The notes under the pieces: model-generated
What the model was told of the DNA's origin: nothing
Database searches by the model: none
What the model saw: the letters and a program-made list of their open reading frames with translations, nothing else
Position numbers and translations under genes: made by a program
In this document: piece after piece, positions 38,242-47,831 of the stretch
How the letters are laid out: each line of letters opens with the position of its first letter
Position numbering within the stretch: the first letter of the stretch is position 1
Assembly (NCBI GenBank): GCA_963705105.1
Contig: CAVPIW010000005.1
Coordinates: 416,001-480,000 of the forward strand
Length of the DNA: 64,000 nt
Direction of reading: 5' to 3'
Source of the DNA: an uncultured Nitrospiraceae bacterium
GTDB taxonomy: Bacteria > Nitrospirota > Thermodesulfovibrionia > Thermodesulfovibrionales > Dissulfurispiraceae

Positions 38242-38423
38242 GTGCGCCCGGATAGCAAGCGATTCTCGAGGGCTCAGCAGGAAGGGATATTGGCATCTTG
38301 CAAAGACCCTGTCCACGAATTTCAGCTTGGGCAACGAGTTTCTGACACCACAGGGACTTCTGTCGATACGATCACTGTTGATCGGGATTCACTATCCGGC
38401 TACGGCCCGATGATTTCCTCGAT
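38242..38423 (+). mobile_element. Group II intron remnant (internally deleted)
   Basis: Begins GTGCGCCCGG; encodes GLSRKGYWHLAKT...QGLLSIRSL..IHYPATAR*, resembling the C-terminus of bacterial group II RT/maturases; ends CTCGAT; RT core and domain V absent. Confidence 0.65.
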
Positions 38424-38628
38424 TCGGCCTTTTTCCGTCTCTTGATGATTTTGGTCAACCCCCGAAGGGCCTCGTTGACTGCCTCATGATTGGAAAATAT
38501 TCAGCCACATCCGGATCGATTACCACCACGTTGGTCCCTTCAGCATACCTCTGCGCGTACTTACCCCGGATCCCCCCGCTGAAATCATATTCCTCAAGCA
38601 TGTCTGGATCATTCCGCATTTTCTTCAT
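38424..38628 (-). pseudogene. BrnA-like antitoxin gene with a -1 frameshift
   Basis: MKKMRNDPDMLEEYDFSGGIRGKYAQRYAEGTNVVVIDPDVAEYFP, then shifted HEAVNEALRGLTKIIKRRKK; one base missing near 38490. Confidence 0.7.
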
Positions 38629-38750
38629 AACGATGTCTCTCGGTCACAACCGGGCTCATACGAGCACCGCAAACTGTACATTTCATATGTGGCTCCGTAG
38701 GGTCTTATGGTCCTTTTCCCATTGTTCCGGACTGGTGTTCGTCAGTCTCG
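38609..38750 (-). pseudogene. Fused TA fragments (DUF4258-like toxin tail, YgiT-type Zn-finger start, BrnT-like tail)
   Basis: SPEQWEKDHKT, then mini-ORF 38686-38609 MKCTVCGARMSPVVT-ERHRYEENAE*. Confidence 0.5.
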
Positions 38751-38771
38751 TGCAGGGCCTGGTTCACCCTC

Positions 38772-38996
38772 TCACCGGTATTTCAGCAGCTCGCGGACGG
38801 TCATGCCGATGTCTTGTGCGATCTCCCGGAGAAGAATAGGGGAGATGTCGCGGCCCTGATGAAAGGGTACCGTCGTGCCCCGACCATCCTCGTGTCTGAA
38901 CTGCTTGTGACCGCCTTTCTGCCTCGCCTCGTAGAATCCGAGGCGCTCAAGGATGGCAATCACTTCCGACGGCTTCAGAACTGGAATGACGCCCAT
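38772..38996 (-). CDS. hicA: HicA-family toxin (mRNA interferase)
   Basis: LERLGF..RQKGGHKQFRHEDGRGTTVPFH...LLREI. Confidence 0.92.
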   Translation of the reverse strand: MGVIPVLKPSEVIAILERLGFYEARQKGGHKQFRHEDGRGTTVPFHQGRDISPILLREIAQDIGMTVRELLKYR

Positions 38997-38998
38997 GG

Positions 38999-39208
38999 CT
39001 AATCGACCACGACATTTTGGGTGCCCACAAATTCCGCCTCAAGCTTCGGCTCGCCTTCCTCGAGCAGCATCTCTATTACTTCTTTCAAGTTGGTCGCGAG
39101 CTCATCCATGGTCTCGCCTTGCGAGTGCGCACCCGGAAAGCCAGGCACATAGCCTACATACAATCCGGTGTCGGCGCACTTCTCCACTACGGCAGTGTAT
39201 GTTCTCAT
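38999..39208 (-). CDS. hicB: HicB-family antitoxin (short form, no DNA-binding domain)
   Basis: YVGYVPGFPGAHSQGETMDEL..NLKEVI; AGGAG RBS. Confidence 0.92.
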   Translation of the reverse strand: MRTYTAVVEKCADTGLYVGYVPGFPGAHSQGETMDELATNLKEVIEMLLEEGEPKLEAEFVGTQNVVVD

Positions 39209-39502
39209 GTGGTGTTCTCCTTGAAGCTTTTTGGCTTCATCTTCTCGGGCGTTCCCGCAGCGCGCAGCGCTTCGGGAACCATTGTATTTTAGCTATCGAT
39301 TGTATTTTATCACATCAATACAGCGAAGAGGGGGTGAATCAAGAAATAAAACACAAAAATACAGTGACTTTCGGCTTTGAGAAGCCGCGTTATGTCGTCC
39401 GCAACGGGTGTCATGAGGCGACGATTGTCGTCAGGTTCGCCTTCCAGAATGCTATGCAATGTGTCACCCACCATCCGCTTGAAGCTCTGTCTTTTCCTTA
39501 CC

Positions 39503-39700
39503 GTTGCAATACACTCGCGGGAAAGGCGGGGCGTATGCGCCGAAAACCTTGCTGCGGCGACACCTGTATCAAAACGAGAGACGACCTATACGCCTATGGT
39601 CGATGACACAAAGAGTAGAATCCTGAAACACGAAGCTGACGAGGCGTATCGTCGCCTTCAGCAAGGCTTTGAGGCTCTTTGCCCCGCCTTTCTATGCAAC
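39503..39700 (+). mobile_element. Family A palindromic MITE-like element (cleanest copy)
   Basis: GTTGCA..GAAAGGCGGGGC ... GCCCCGCCTTTCTATGCAAC; shares AGAATCCTGAAACACGAAGCTGACGA with the 18905-19108 copy. Confidence 0.88.
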
Positions 39701-39735
39701 TCAAGGTGTATGCAATGATTAAGGTATAATTCAAC

Positions 39736-40404
39736 ATGGACCGCATACCGGAACCGGAACTCATGGATGACGACGAACAGGCAAAGGCATACGCCATGGC
39801 TGATTTCGCCGAACCGCATAACAATTTCGTCCGCCTCTTCGGCGAGGTCTTTCCGGGACTTCAGGTCACAGGATACGTTCTCGACATCGGGTGCGGGCCC
39901 GGCGATGTCCTGCAGCGCTTTGCAAGGGCGTACCCGGATTGCACCATCCATGGCGTCGACGGCTCGGAGACGATGCTTCACTACGGCGAGAAAATGCTTT
40001 CGACGATGCCTGATCTGGCGGGACGTGTGCGGCTCATACACGGCATGCTTCCCGGCGCCGTCCTGCCGAGGGAACGCTACGACGTCATCATCAGCAACAG
40101 CATCCTCCACCATCTCCATAACCCGCAGGTCCTGTGGGAGGCGGTGAAAAGGCATGCAGCCGCCGGTGCACCTGTGTTCATCATGGACCTCATGAGGCCC
40201 CGGTCACAGGAGGAGGCGGGAATCCTGGTCGAGACCTACTCGCGGGATGAACCGGAGATACTGAAGAGGGACTTCTTCAACTCGCTGTGCGCGGCCTTTA
40301 CGATCGATGAGGTCCGGGAGCAGCTTCACGCTCCGGACCTGAGCCATCTTTCCGTGCAACCCGTCAGCGACCGGCACATGATCATCTGCGGCACCATTAA
40401 GTGA
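39736..40404 (+). CDS. Class I SAM-dependent methyltransferase
   Basis: RIPEPELM, VLDIGCGPG, GVDGS, SNSILHH, MDLMRP. Confidence 0.93.
   Translation: MDRIPEPELMDDDEQAKAYAMADFAEPHNNFVRLFGEVFPGLQVTGYVLDIGCGPGDVLQRFARAYPDCTIHGVDGSETMLHYGEKMLSTMPDLAGRVRLIHGMLPGAVLPRERYDVIISNSILHHLHNPQVLWEAVKRHAAAGAPVFIMDLMRPRSQEEAGILVETYSRDEPEILKRDFFNSLCAAFTIDEVREQLHAPDLSHLSVQPVSDRHMIICGTIK
40189..40397 (+). repeat. 209-bp direct repeat, left copy (3' end of the methyltransferase)
   Basis: Near-identical to 48953-49161. Confidence 0.97.
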
Positions 40405-40413
40405 AACCTTTCT

Positions 40414-40466
40414 GTTGCATGAAAAGGCGGGGCGAAGCGCCTCAAAGCTCTGCTGAAGGCGCCGAT
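40414..40466 (-). repeat. Family A element end (truncated, inverted)
   Basis: GTTGCATGAAAAGGCGGGGCGAAGCGCCTCAAAGC is the reverse complement of the family A right end. Confidence 0.8.
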
Positions 40467-40478
40467 TTCGTTTGCAGC

Positions 40479-41894
40479 CTAGCGCAGGCGATAGATGTGA
40501 ATATCCTCGAAAGTGGCGGTCGTCTTACCTTTGACCACAGGGGAGAACACAAGCCAGAGATGATCATGTGAAATAATCGGCTCTTCCCAGGTTCCCATTT
40601 CTTCCCCGTTCCAGAAGATCCGGCATGTCCGGCCCGTCTTTACCAAGGCCAATGTGCCGGGGGCAGGATCAGGATCCGTTTTTCCATAATCTCCCGATGT
40701 CTTCGTCCCGAGAATATGGTTCCACGGCTTGCCCTCTGCTGTTCGTCGATACACGTTTACCCAGGACTCGAGACCATACTTGAAGGCTGTCACCCCGATG
40801 ATGGAATCGGTTTTAATGACGTCTCCTGTTTTATTGCCGTACATGATCCCCGCAATATAGTCTTTGTGTGACGTTGTATCCACCCTGACTTTCACTGTCG
40901 CATAAAAATCCGAAAGGAGCTCGTCGGAGAGTTTGACTGTGCAACACTCATAGTTCTTTCCGCCTTTTGCGGTCATCTCTATCTTGTCCGCGTGAAATTC
41001 AATCGTTCCGGACTCGCAACGCACAGATTTTCCTAAACCACCGACGTTTACAGGGACGGTGGTCCGGGAATACGAGGCGAGTGCGTCCTCGATTGATCTC
41101 TTCCCTGCTCCCTTTTCAATGGATGCAGGTTCCTTCTCCTTTTGAGCCGGCGCCGGTTCTTTCCCGGTTCCAGGCCTGCCTGATCGAGAGTATACGAGCG
41201 CATCCATGCCGATATTGGGCTGACCCTTAATTTCAAAGGGCAAGGCGTCCACCGTGCCGCCTTCCTTGACGGCGCTGATGCGCCAGGTGCCCACCTGGAT
41301 CGCTTCGCCGTCCACGGTATAACTCACCTTGACAGCATCCCCTTCATCTGCGGGCCAATCCTTTTCGTCAATCCGGACCGTGATCACGTCTCCCCTGGTC
41401 ATGATTACCTTGCCTCTGGCCGTCAGTAACGGTTTGTTCTCCCGTCTGGACGCAGTAAAGGCATCATGATTGGTCAGGTGTTGACCTTGCGTAGGCTTAG
41501 GCGACTCGCCCGCAGGCGCAGATCCTGTAAAGAGATGGATCTCCGCCTTCATGTTCACCTGCGGTGGGTCTACACCCATAGCCATGATTGGTTCAGCTCT
41601 TACTATTCTTCCATCGACTGCTGTCACCTGCCAATCGCCGATGTCCAGTTCAATACGTCCCTCCCCGACCGTCTTGATGATGTCGACCTTATCTCCGACG
41701 GCCGGCAAAACAGGCTCTCTCGGGTCAAGGGCGATGGTCAGACGAAATCCGTCCACGGCAATGACTGTTCCTCGCAGTGTGAAGGCTGAAAAGGCGTATC
41801 CACCCATGAAGAGGCTGAGAACCGCTGCGAAAATCGACAGGGTCACGATTCTCTTAAGTAGCGTGGATGTGTTCTTCACTGCGCAGTTTTCCAT
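40479..41894 (-). CDS. Secreted hypothetical protein with two internal beta-domain repeats and a beta-rich C-terminal domain
   Basis: Signal peptide; RG.VI...GD.V.....IG.W.V.AV motif occurs twice. Confidence 0.8.
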   Translation of the reverse strand: MENCAVKNTSTLLKRIVTLSIFAAVLSLFMGGYAFSAFTLRGTVIAVDGFRLTIALDPREPVLPAVGDKVDIIKTVGEGRIELDIGDWQVTAVDGRIVRAEPIMAMGVDPPQVNMKAEIHLFTGSAPAGESPKPTQGQHLTNHDAFTASRRENKPLLTARGKVIMTRGDVITVRIDEKDWPADEGDAVKVSYTVDGEAIQVGTWRISAVKEGGTVDALPFEIKGQPNIGMDALVYSRSGRPGTGKEPAPAQKEKEPASIEKGAGKRSIEDALASYSRTTVPVNVGGLGKSVRCESGTIEFHADKIEMTAKGGKNYECCTVKLSDELLSDFYATVKVRVDTTSHKDYIAGIMYGNKTGDVIKTDSIIGVTAFKYGLESWVNVYRRTAEGKPWNHILGTKTSGDYGKTDPDPAPGTLALVKTGRTCRIFWNGEEMGTWEEPIISHDHLWLVFSPVVKGKTTATFEDIHIYRLR

Positions 41895-42147
41895 AGGATC
41901 AGTCTCCCGTTAATTTATTTTACTTCTCTACTTTATCCTGGACCCGGCGTATTGACTGGTCAAAAGAATCCATGTTCCGTCTCCCTAAAACGCCTGCCCG
42001 CGCAGTTCCCCCAACATGCCTCACGTTTCATATTTTGACTGCTATCTTTTTTTCTGTTCTCGGCTTATCAATAAAATCTATAACATCGTACAACAGTTCA
42101 TAGACTCCCGGACAGGGCAAAGATTGCTCCTTCGAAATGAAAATTTA

Positions 42148-44995
42148 TCAGAATCGTCTCCACTTATATGTACAAATATTCTTTTCGTATCTGCAAAATC
42201 CTTTACAGCCGGCAGTAAGAAGCTCAACATTACGCCATCCCCCATATTTTGAAAAAATTTGACCCGAATAGGATGTTGATCCATCAGATTCTGAGCCTAT
42301 TTTTTTCATCCTGAAATAGAGCATCCCCGGTTGATAACCGTCGTTTCTCCAATTATCACTAACCCTGATAATTCTCCCTTCGTAATTGACTCCATCTCTG
42401 GTGACAAATTCGACAGCTATGTTGCCGCTGGGATCTGATTCAAAACGACCCGACAGGTCACAGGATCCGTCTGGAGTCTGTACTTTTCTTCCGGCCACAC
42501 AACGCGTTTTGTCCGCCGACCAGACATGTCCCTGCGGACAAACACATAAGACTTTGCCGCTGGCATCGTTTCCGTCGGGCACACTGCCGGGATAATTGCG
42601 GGTGCAGAGTTCCTGTGGTGAAAGCTGTTTCTCGCATCCTGTTCGAGCGGCATTCCACACATATCCTTGAGGACATTCACAGTTGACCCTGCCGCCGGCA
42701 TCTCTTCCGGTGGGGACGCTGCCGGGATAATTCCGCGTACATAATTCTTGCGGCGGGATTTGTTTCTCACATCCCGTTCGAGTGGCATTCCAGGTATAGC
42801 CATCCGGGCACTCGCAGTTGACTTTCCCGTCAGCGGTCCTGCCTTGTGGAATGCTGCCGGGGTGATGCAGGGCGCAGAGCTCCTGTGGTGAAAGCTGTTT
42901 CTCGCATCCTGTTCGAGCGGCGTTCCATACAAATCCTTGAGGACATTCACAGTTGACCTTGCCGCTGGCATCTCTTCCGGTGGGGACGCTGCCGGGATAA
43001 TTCCGCGTACATAATTCTTGCGGCGGGATTTGTTTCTCACATCCCGTTCGAGTGGCGTTCCAGGTATAGCCATCCGGGCACTCGCAGTTGACTTTCCCGT
43101 CAGCGGTCCTGCCTTGCGGAATGCTGCCCGGGTGATGCAGGGCGCAGATCCTGCGGTGAAAGCTGTTTCTCGCATCCTGTTCGAGCGGCGTTCCATACAA
43201 ATCCTTGAGGGCAGACACAGTTGACCCTGCCGTCAGCGGTCCTGCCTTCAGGAATGCTGCCCGGGTGATGCAGGGCGCAGAGCTCCTGTGGTGAGAGTTG
43301 TACACAATGAGTTTTACCCGCAGCCCATTGGTAATCCTGAGGACAGACACAGTTGATTTTGCCGTCAGGTGTTTTCCCCTGGGCTATGCTGCCCGGAAGT
43401 TGTTGAGCACAGAGTTCGTTGGCGTGGGCATCTGCAGTGACGCACTGCGTTTTGGCCGGGTTCCATTGGAGTCCGTCAAAGCATCCGCAAGCAGGCTTTT
43501 GAGAGACATCATCCCAATAGGCCCGGCTTCCCGGAAACCGCGAGCAGTCAGAGGCTGCCACCTGCTCTTCCCGGGTGGGAACATATTGGCCATACACCCA
43601 GACAAGAACAGATGAGCCCTTGGACACCCGTATCCCTGCCGCAGGTTCTTGCCTCTGCACTGTGTCGGCAAAGCGCTGCTCCGGCGGCTTCCCCGCGTCT
43701 CGCCTGCCTGCCTGCAACCCTGCCGCCTCCAGCTTTCTTCTGGAATCGGGATAGGAAAGCCCTCCCACGTCAGGCACCGCAATGGCATCGACAAAAGCAC
43801 CGTAGACGAAGAGTGTCACCTCCGCGCCGGGAGTAATGGTCGCTCCCGGATTCGGACTCTGTCGTTCCACCGTCCCTGACTGCTCCCGGGTGGACGGTGC
43901 GCCTCCCGGCTGAATCACCGCGGTAAGGCCGGTTGCTGCAATGCTCCTCTCGGCCTTTTGCGCATTCAGACCCACAACGTCGGGAACTTTCCGGAGATCA
44001 ACGTACTGAGCGTGGACGGTAAGCGTCACCGTATCCCCTGCCTTTACCTGTATGCCAGGTGCAGGCCCCTGTTTTTCTACAGTTCCCGACTTCTCAGCCG
44101 TCGGGGCGGGAGAACCGGGTTGCACGTTCGGCAGCAGCTTGTTTCTTTCGAGCCATTTCCTGGATTCGCCCAGTGTTTTCCCGGTAAAGTCGGGCAAAAC
44201 CACTGCCGGCGGCAGATAGGGGGAGCGGACAGTCAACGTGAGAGTTTGACCTTTTTTCAGGAATCGCTCAGGACCAGGGTCCTGCCCTTCGACGGTGCCC
44301 TCCTGTTCCGGCGTGCGCGCGGGAGATCCGGGAGACAGAGAATATCCAAAACCGGCACCGGTCACCACTGCCCTGGCGTCGGCAAGGCGCATGTCTTTCA
44401 GGTCCCTGACTGCCCCATAGCGTCCGGCGCAGTGGCTGACGGATTCATTTTTCAGGCGGGCGACGACATATTCCTCCATGGTGCAGTGGTCGATGGAATC
44501 GAGTTGCCTTTTGTTGGTCCACAGATATACAGGGTCGATCCCACCGGTCTCGTGCCTCGACTCAATGACGCCTCCCCTGACCGTGCCGATCACATTCCCT
44601 TTGTTCGAGTAACGAACATTGTTCCCCTCGACGGCGTTCTCGGGGGGTTTGGCCGTGGAGATCCATTCACGGATCAGGAGTGCAGTTTCCTCTTTCTTCG
44701 GATCAACACTACGGGGGTCTGTGGCCTCCCTGCGCCCTTGATCCCTTGCATCTGTATCGCCGGCTTCAACACCCGGTGTTTCAGGCACAGCAGTCCTCTC
44801 CGGTCTTTCCAGGTCCCCGAAGCGCGGCACGCGGGAACCCACTTTCATGCCCTTCGCATCCTTTAAGGAATCCAACCAGGGGTCTTCTTGCGCACCGAGT
44901 GCTGACGGGAGCATGATGAAAACGATGAGCAGGCTCAAAGTCACCAGGCCTGAGATTGAAGACAGCATGTTCCTGTGCAATGTTTTTTTTGGCAT
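42148..44995 (-). CDS. Secreted protein with 4 PASTA domains and 8 Cys-rich ~45-aa repeats; frameshift at ~43149
   Basis: Signal peptide; VRDLKD, LPDFTG, VPDVVG and VPDVGG PASTA starts with Q.P.PG; repeats C....PGS......G..NC.CP.G..W....C; ORFs 43100-45091 and 42148-43350 join if 2 nt are restored (~949 aa). Confidence 0.82.
42490..43420 (-). repeat. 135-bp intragenic tandem repeats with a 270-bp higher-order period
   Basis: TCCTGTGGTGAAAGCTGTTTCTCGCATCC at 42611 and 42881; alternating CALHHPG / CTRNYPG units. Confidence 0.93.
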
Positions 44996-44996
44996 G

Positions 44997-47168
44997 TCAG
45001 TTCCCACAACCACCGCGCTTTCTGAGTTCACCCAGAGAGATGCCATTCTCATTAATGGTCTTCCAAGTATCTTTGAGTGACCTTCCTTCAAGTTGTTTCA
45101 CGTCCGTGATCGGACCGGTAAGCACGGTGATCTCTGCCCAATTAAAGATCTGGGGTGGCGCGTCTTTTGAAATCATACCCGGTGGGTTGACAATTTCGCA
45201 GACATCACCGAGCAGACGGCTATGATAGGCCTCGAGTTCGGTTCTCAGATCCTGTCCCCTCTTCAGCCGGAAAATCTCCTCATGAGAACCCGACTGGACA
45301 AGGCTCTTGCCCGCCCAGTCGGGGCTGGCTCCAATTCCCCCAACAGATATAACAAAAAGGGTTTCATCAGAACGTGGTTTCCTTTCATCAGGAGGTGGTT
45401 TCCTTTCGGCACAAATGAGCTTACCACCGTCCCGATAGCATAACCTCGGAGTGGCCCTTTCCTTGTTTATAACCAGGGTGGACTTTACTCCATCAAAGTC
45501 AACAATGACATTCTCTCCTGAGCAATGCCATTTTCCTTCTCTACGAATTATCGGGCTTTGCGCGGTCGGCAGGTTTGTCGCTCTGTCCCCACCCAGCTTC
45601 TCCATGACCATCGTGGCCTTGCAATCCGAAAGCAGCGTCAATTCCCCTTTTTCATCCTGTAGAGTCAAAAACCATTCCCCGGTCGCGTACGCCTGCTCGC
45701 AGGGACCACAATTCTCGCATGTCTTGATGTCCGGGTCCGGACATTTTTTGTTCGGCTCAAAGCGTGCGTTATTTTTTGCCGCGCACTCCCTAATCGACAC
45801 CGTCGAGCAATCCATGACGCTCGGTGATAGGGCACACGGCACATAGCATGCGCCCTCAACGGGGGGACAGGTACCCGGACAACCGTCCGGGAAAAACCTG
45901 GCGTCTTGCCTCAACAGACATTCAGCCTCGGAAACATTCTCTTCGCATTTTCCAAAGATGTCGCAACAGCCGCCCTTGGGTGGCTCCGGCTGTTGGCAGG
46001 GGTTCGGATCACAGGTCTTGCCAGGCAAGAAAACAGCACTGTCACCTTTTTTGCTGCAGTCGGCCTGCGTCTCTAAATTGCATTCACCATTGAAACAGCA
46101 TGCCCCTTTTGGTACTTGGGGCGTTGGTAGCTGGGGTGGAGGACACCTGGTGCCGTTTCCCTGGTACTTGCCGCTCAGGTATTGCACGCAGGAACACTCT
46201 GTTTGAAAGGGCTCACAGTTTGTGCCGACCATGCAGGCCCCGGTAAGGCTTCCACAGTCCTCTTCAAAGTTGCCACTGCATGGCCGATAAAGAGGCGTTC
46301 CGCACTGCTCCCCGCATTCCGTCCGTGGGAGGTCGACGCATTTTCCATTCAGACAGCATCCGTTCTTTGCTTTTGCACAAGGATTAGGGGTGCAGCTCCT
46401 TTTGTCCGGCATGAATGTCCCCACAGTTTTGCACCCGTCAGCATTAAGCAATAAACAAGGTCCGTTAGTAATACAGCACGCACGTTCTTCGAAATCTTTT
46501 CGATCTGTTCTTGCCTGGGAAACCGATTTGCATTTTCCTCCAGGTCCGCAACATGTTGCTTTACCCGCGGAAACCGTCCCTTCGGGGCAGGACTCACCAT
46601 CCCAAAGAAGTCCATCCTTTACACATTTCCCGTCAGAGCAGCATGCCTGTAAGGGTTCGACTCTGACTCGGCGCCCGTTAATGGTGAATTTCAAAGCTAA
46701 CTCACTATAGAAACATTGTGCCAATACCCCACGCAGTTTTTCCATGTCACTGTCGGAAATTTGAACTTCGTTAGTGCCATAAAGTCGACCATGTGACACG
46801 GCAAACCCACAGTATGATGTTGTTGTGTCCTCCCGTTGCGACTCAATAAATTTTATTCTTATCTCATCTGGAAGAGGAGCAGAGAGATATGGTGCAGTTG
46901 GATACCCTCGAACAACTGGTCTAAGTTCCCTAGCAGAGCAAACAAATGAGTCATCGCATTCAACAGGGAATTGTCCCAAATACATACCTTTCTCACATTC
47001 CTCCGGATCTTCGCTCGATCCGACGTGAAGCACAATCTCAGCGCCTCCCGAGGCATAAAGACCCCCAGGAACCCAGATCGCGTTTGCCATTATCAGAATC
47101 ACGACTGTTGGCAACAGCCTGAGGTAAGAAGAAAACCTTTCCAGAGATGTGGCAATCTTTTCTCTCAT
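44997..47168 (-). CDS. Secreted, very Cys-rich repeat protein (GACC-type repeats)
   Basis: Signal peptide; RACC, NGCC, GACM, GACC, GGCC and GACY repeats with C.PNPC ends. Confidence 0.85.
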   Translation of the reverse strand: MREKIATSLERFSSYLRLLPTVVILIMANAIWVPGGLYASGGAEIVLHVGSSEDPEECEKGMYLGQFPVECDDSFVCSARELRPVVRGYPTAPYLSAPLPDEIRIKFIESQREDTTTSYCGFAVSHGRLYGTNEVQISDSDMEKLRGVLAQCFYSELALKFTINGRRVRVEPLQACCSDGKCVKDGLLWDGESCPEGTVSAGKATCCGPGGKCKSVSQARTDRKDFEERACCITNGPCLLLNADGCKTVGTFMPDKRSCTPNPCAKAKNGCCLNGKCVDLPRTECGEQCGTPLYRPCSGNFEEDCGSLTGACMVGTNCEPFQTECSCVQYLSGKYQGNGTRCPPPQLPTPQVPKGACCFNGECNLETQADCSKKGDSAVFLPGKTCDPNPCQQPEPPKGGCCDIFGKCEENVSEAECLLRQDARFFPDGCPGTCPPVEGACYVPCALSPSVMDCSTVSIRECAAKNNARFEPNKKCPDPDIKTCENCGPCEQAYATGEWFLTLQDEKGELTLLSDCKATMVMEKLGGDRATNLPTAQSPIIRREGKWHCSGENVIVDFDGVKSTLVINKERATPRLCYRDGGKLICAERKPPPDERKPRSDETLFVISVGGIGASPDWAGKSLVQSGSHEEIFRLKRGQDLRTELEAYHSRLLGDVCEIVNPPGMISKDAPPQIFNWAEITVLTGPITDVKQLEGRSLKDTWKTINENGISLGELRKRGGCGN

Positions 47169-47292
47169 GACAGAAATCCCTTAAGAACTTCCAGACCAGC
47201 CAGAAGCAGCTCATACATACTTCCCACCTTTAGATCCGTCCAGGGGTCAGCCAACCCTGACCCGACAGCGCCCGTGCAATAAAAAACCATCA

Positions 47293-47658
47293 TTATTGAC
47301 CCCACAATCCTCCAGGGGCCGGTTTTTCCTTTTCCGGCACGATCGGCCCGGGTTTGGAACACCATTGGCCGCTGCCACCATAGGAGGGGACATAACCCTG
47401 GGGGCAGCGGACACACACAGCGCCCGTCGTCACGTTCGACTGGACAGTCCAGCCTTGGGGGCAGGTTTCATAGCAGGTCGGAGGGTTCTTCCCGAACAGC
47501 CGCGAGTAGCCTTGCGGGCATTGAATGTTAGGCCGCGTCGTTGCAAGAACATGCTTCGGAGCGAAATGTTCCGCTTGAACCCTGTCTGCCGCCTGTACAG
47601 GAAGACTTCCTACCCCGGCGAGAGCAATTGTGCTTAAGAACATAAGGACTTTTATCAT
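47293..47658 (-). CDS. Small secreted Cys-rich protein
   Basis: AGGAGGAG RBS, signal peptide, CPQG x3. Confidence 0.82.
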   Translation of the reverse strand: MIKVLMFLSTIALAGVGSLPVQAADRVQAEHFAPKHVLATTRPNIQCPQGYSRLFGKNPPTCYETCPQGWTVQSNVTTGAVCVRCPQGYVPSYGGSGQWCSKPGPIVPEKEKPAPGGLWGQ

Positions 47659-47742
47659 CTTTCTCCTCCTTTCTGCGATGCAGCCACAATCCGAACTCCA
47701 TCATCAAAGGCTGAGCAGCACCGGAACGTCGGTTCCTAAAAA

Positions 47743-47771
47743 ACCATAACCGTAAAGTGGCGGCTTGTCAA
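47743..47771 (-). promoter_or_regulatory. Putative sigma70 promoter for the Cys-rich gene cluster
   Basis: TTGACA-N17-TATGGT on the minus strand, about 85 nt upstream of ATG 47658. Confidence 0.55.
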
Positions 47772-47831
47772 GCATTTTTTGTGATCATCAGGCCTGCCAT
47801 CTATGAAGGACACGACAGAAAGCCTGATCGG

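Noticed and set aside
42490..43420. Possible CRISPR or diversity-generating retroelement template/variable repeats
   Set aside because: Repeats are in-frame protein repeats, differences are not adenine-specific, and no intact reverse transcriptase is present
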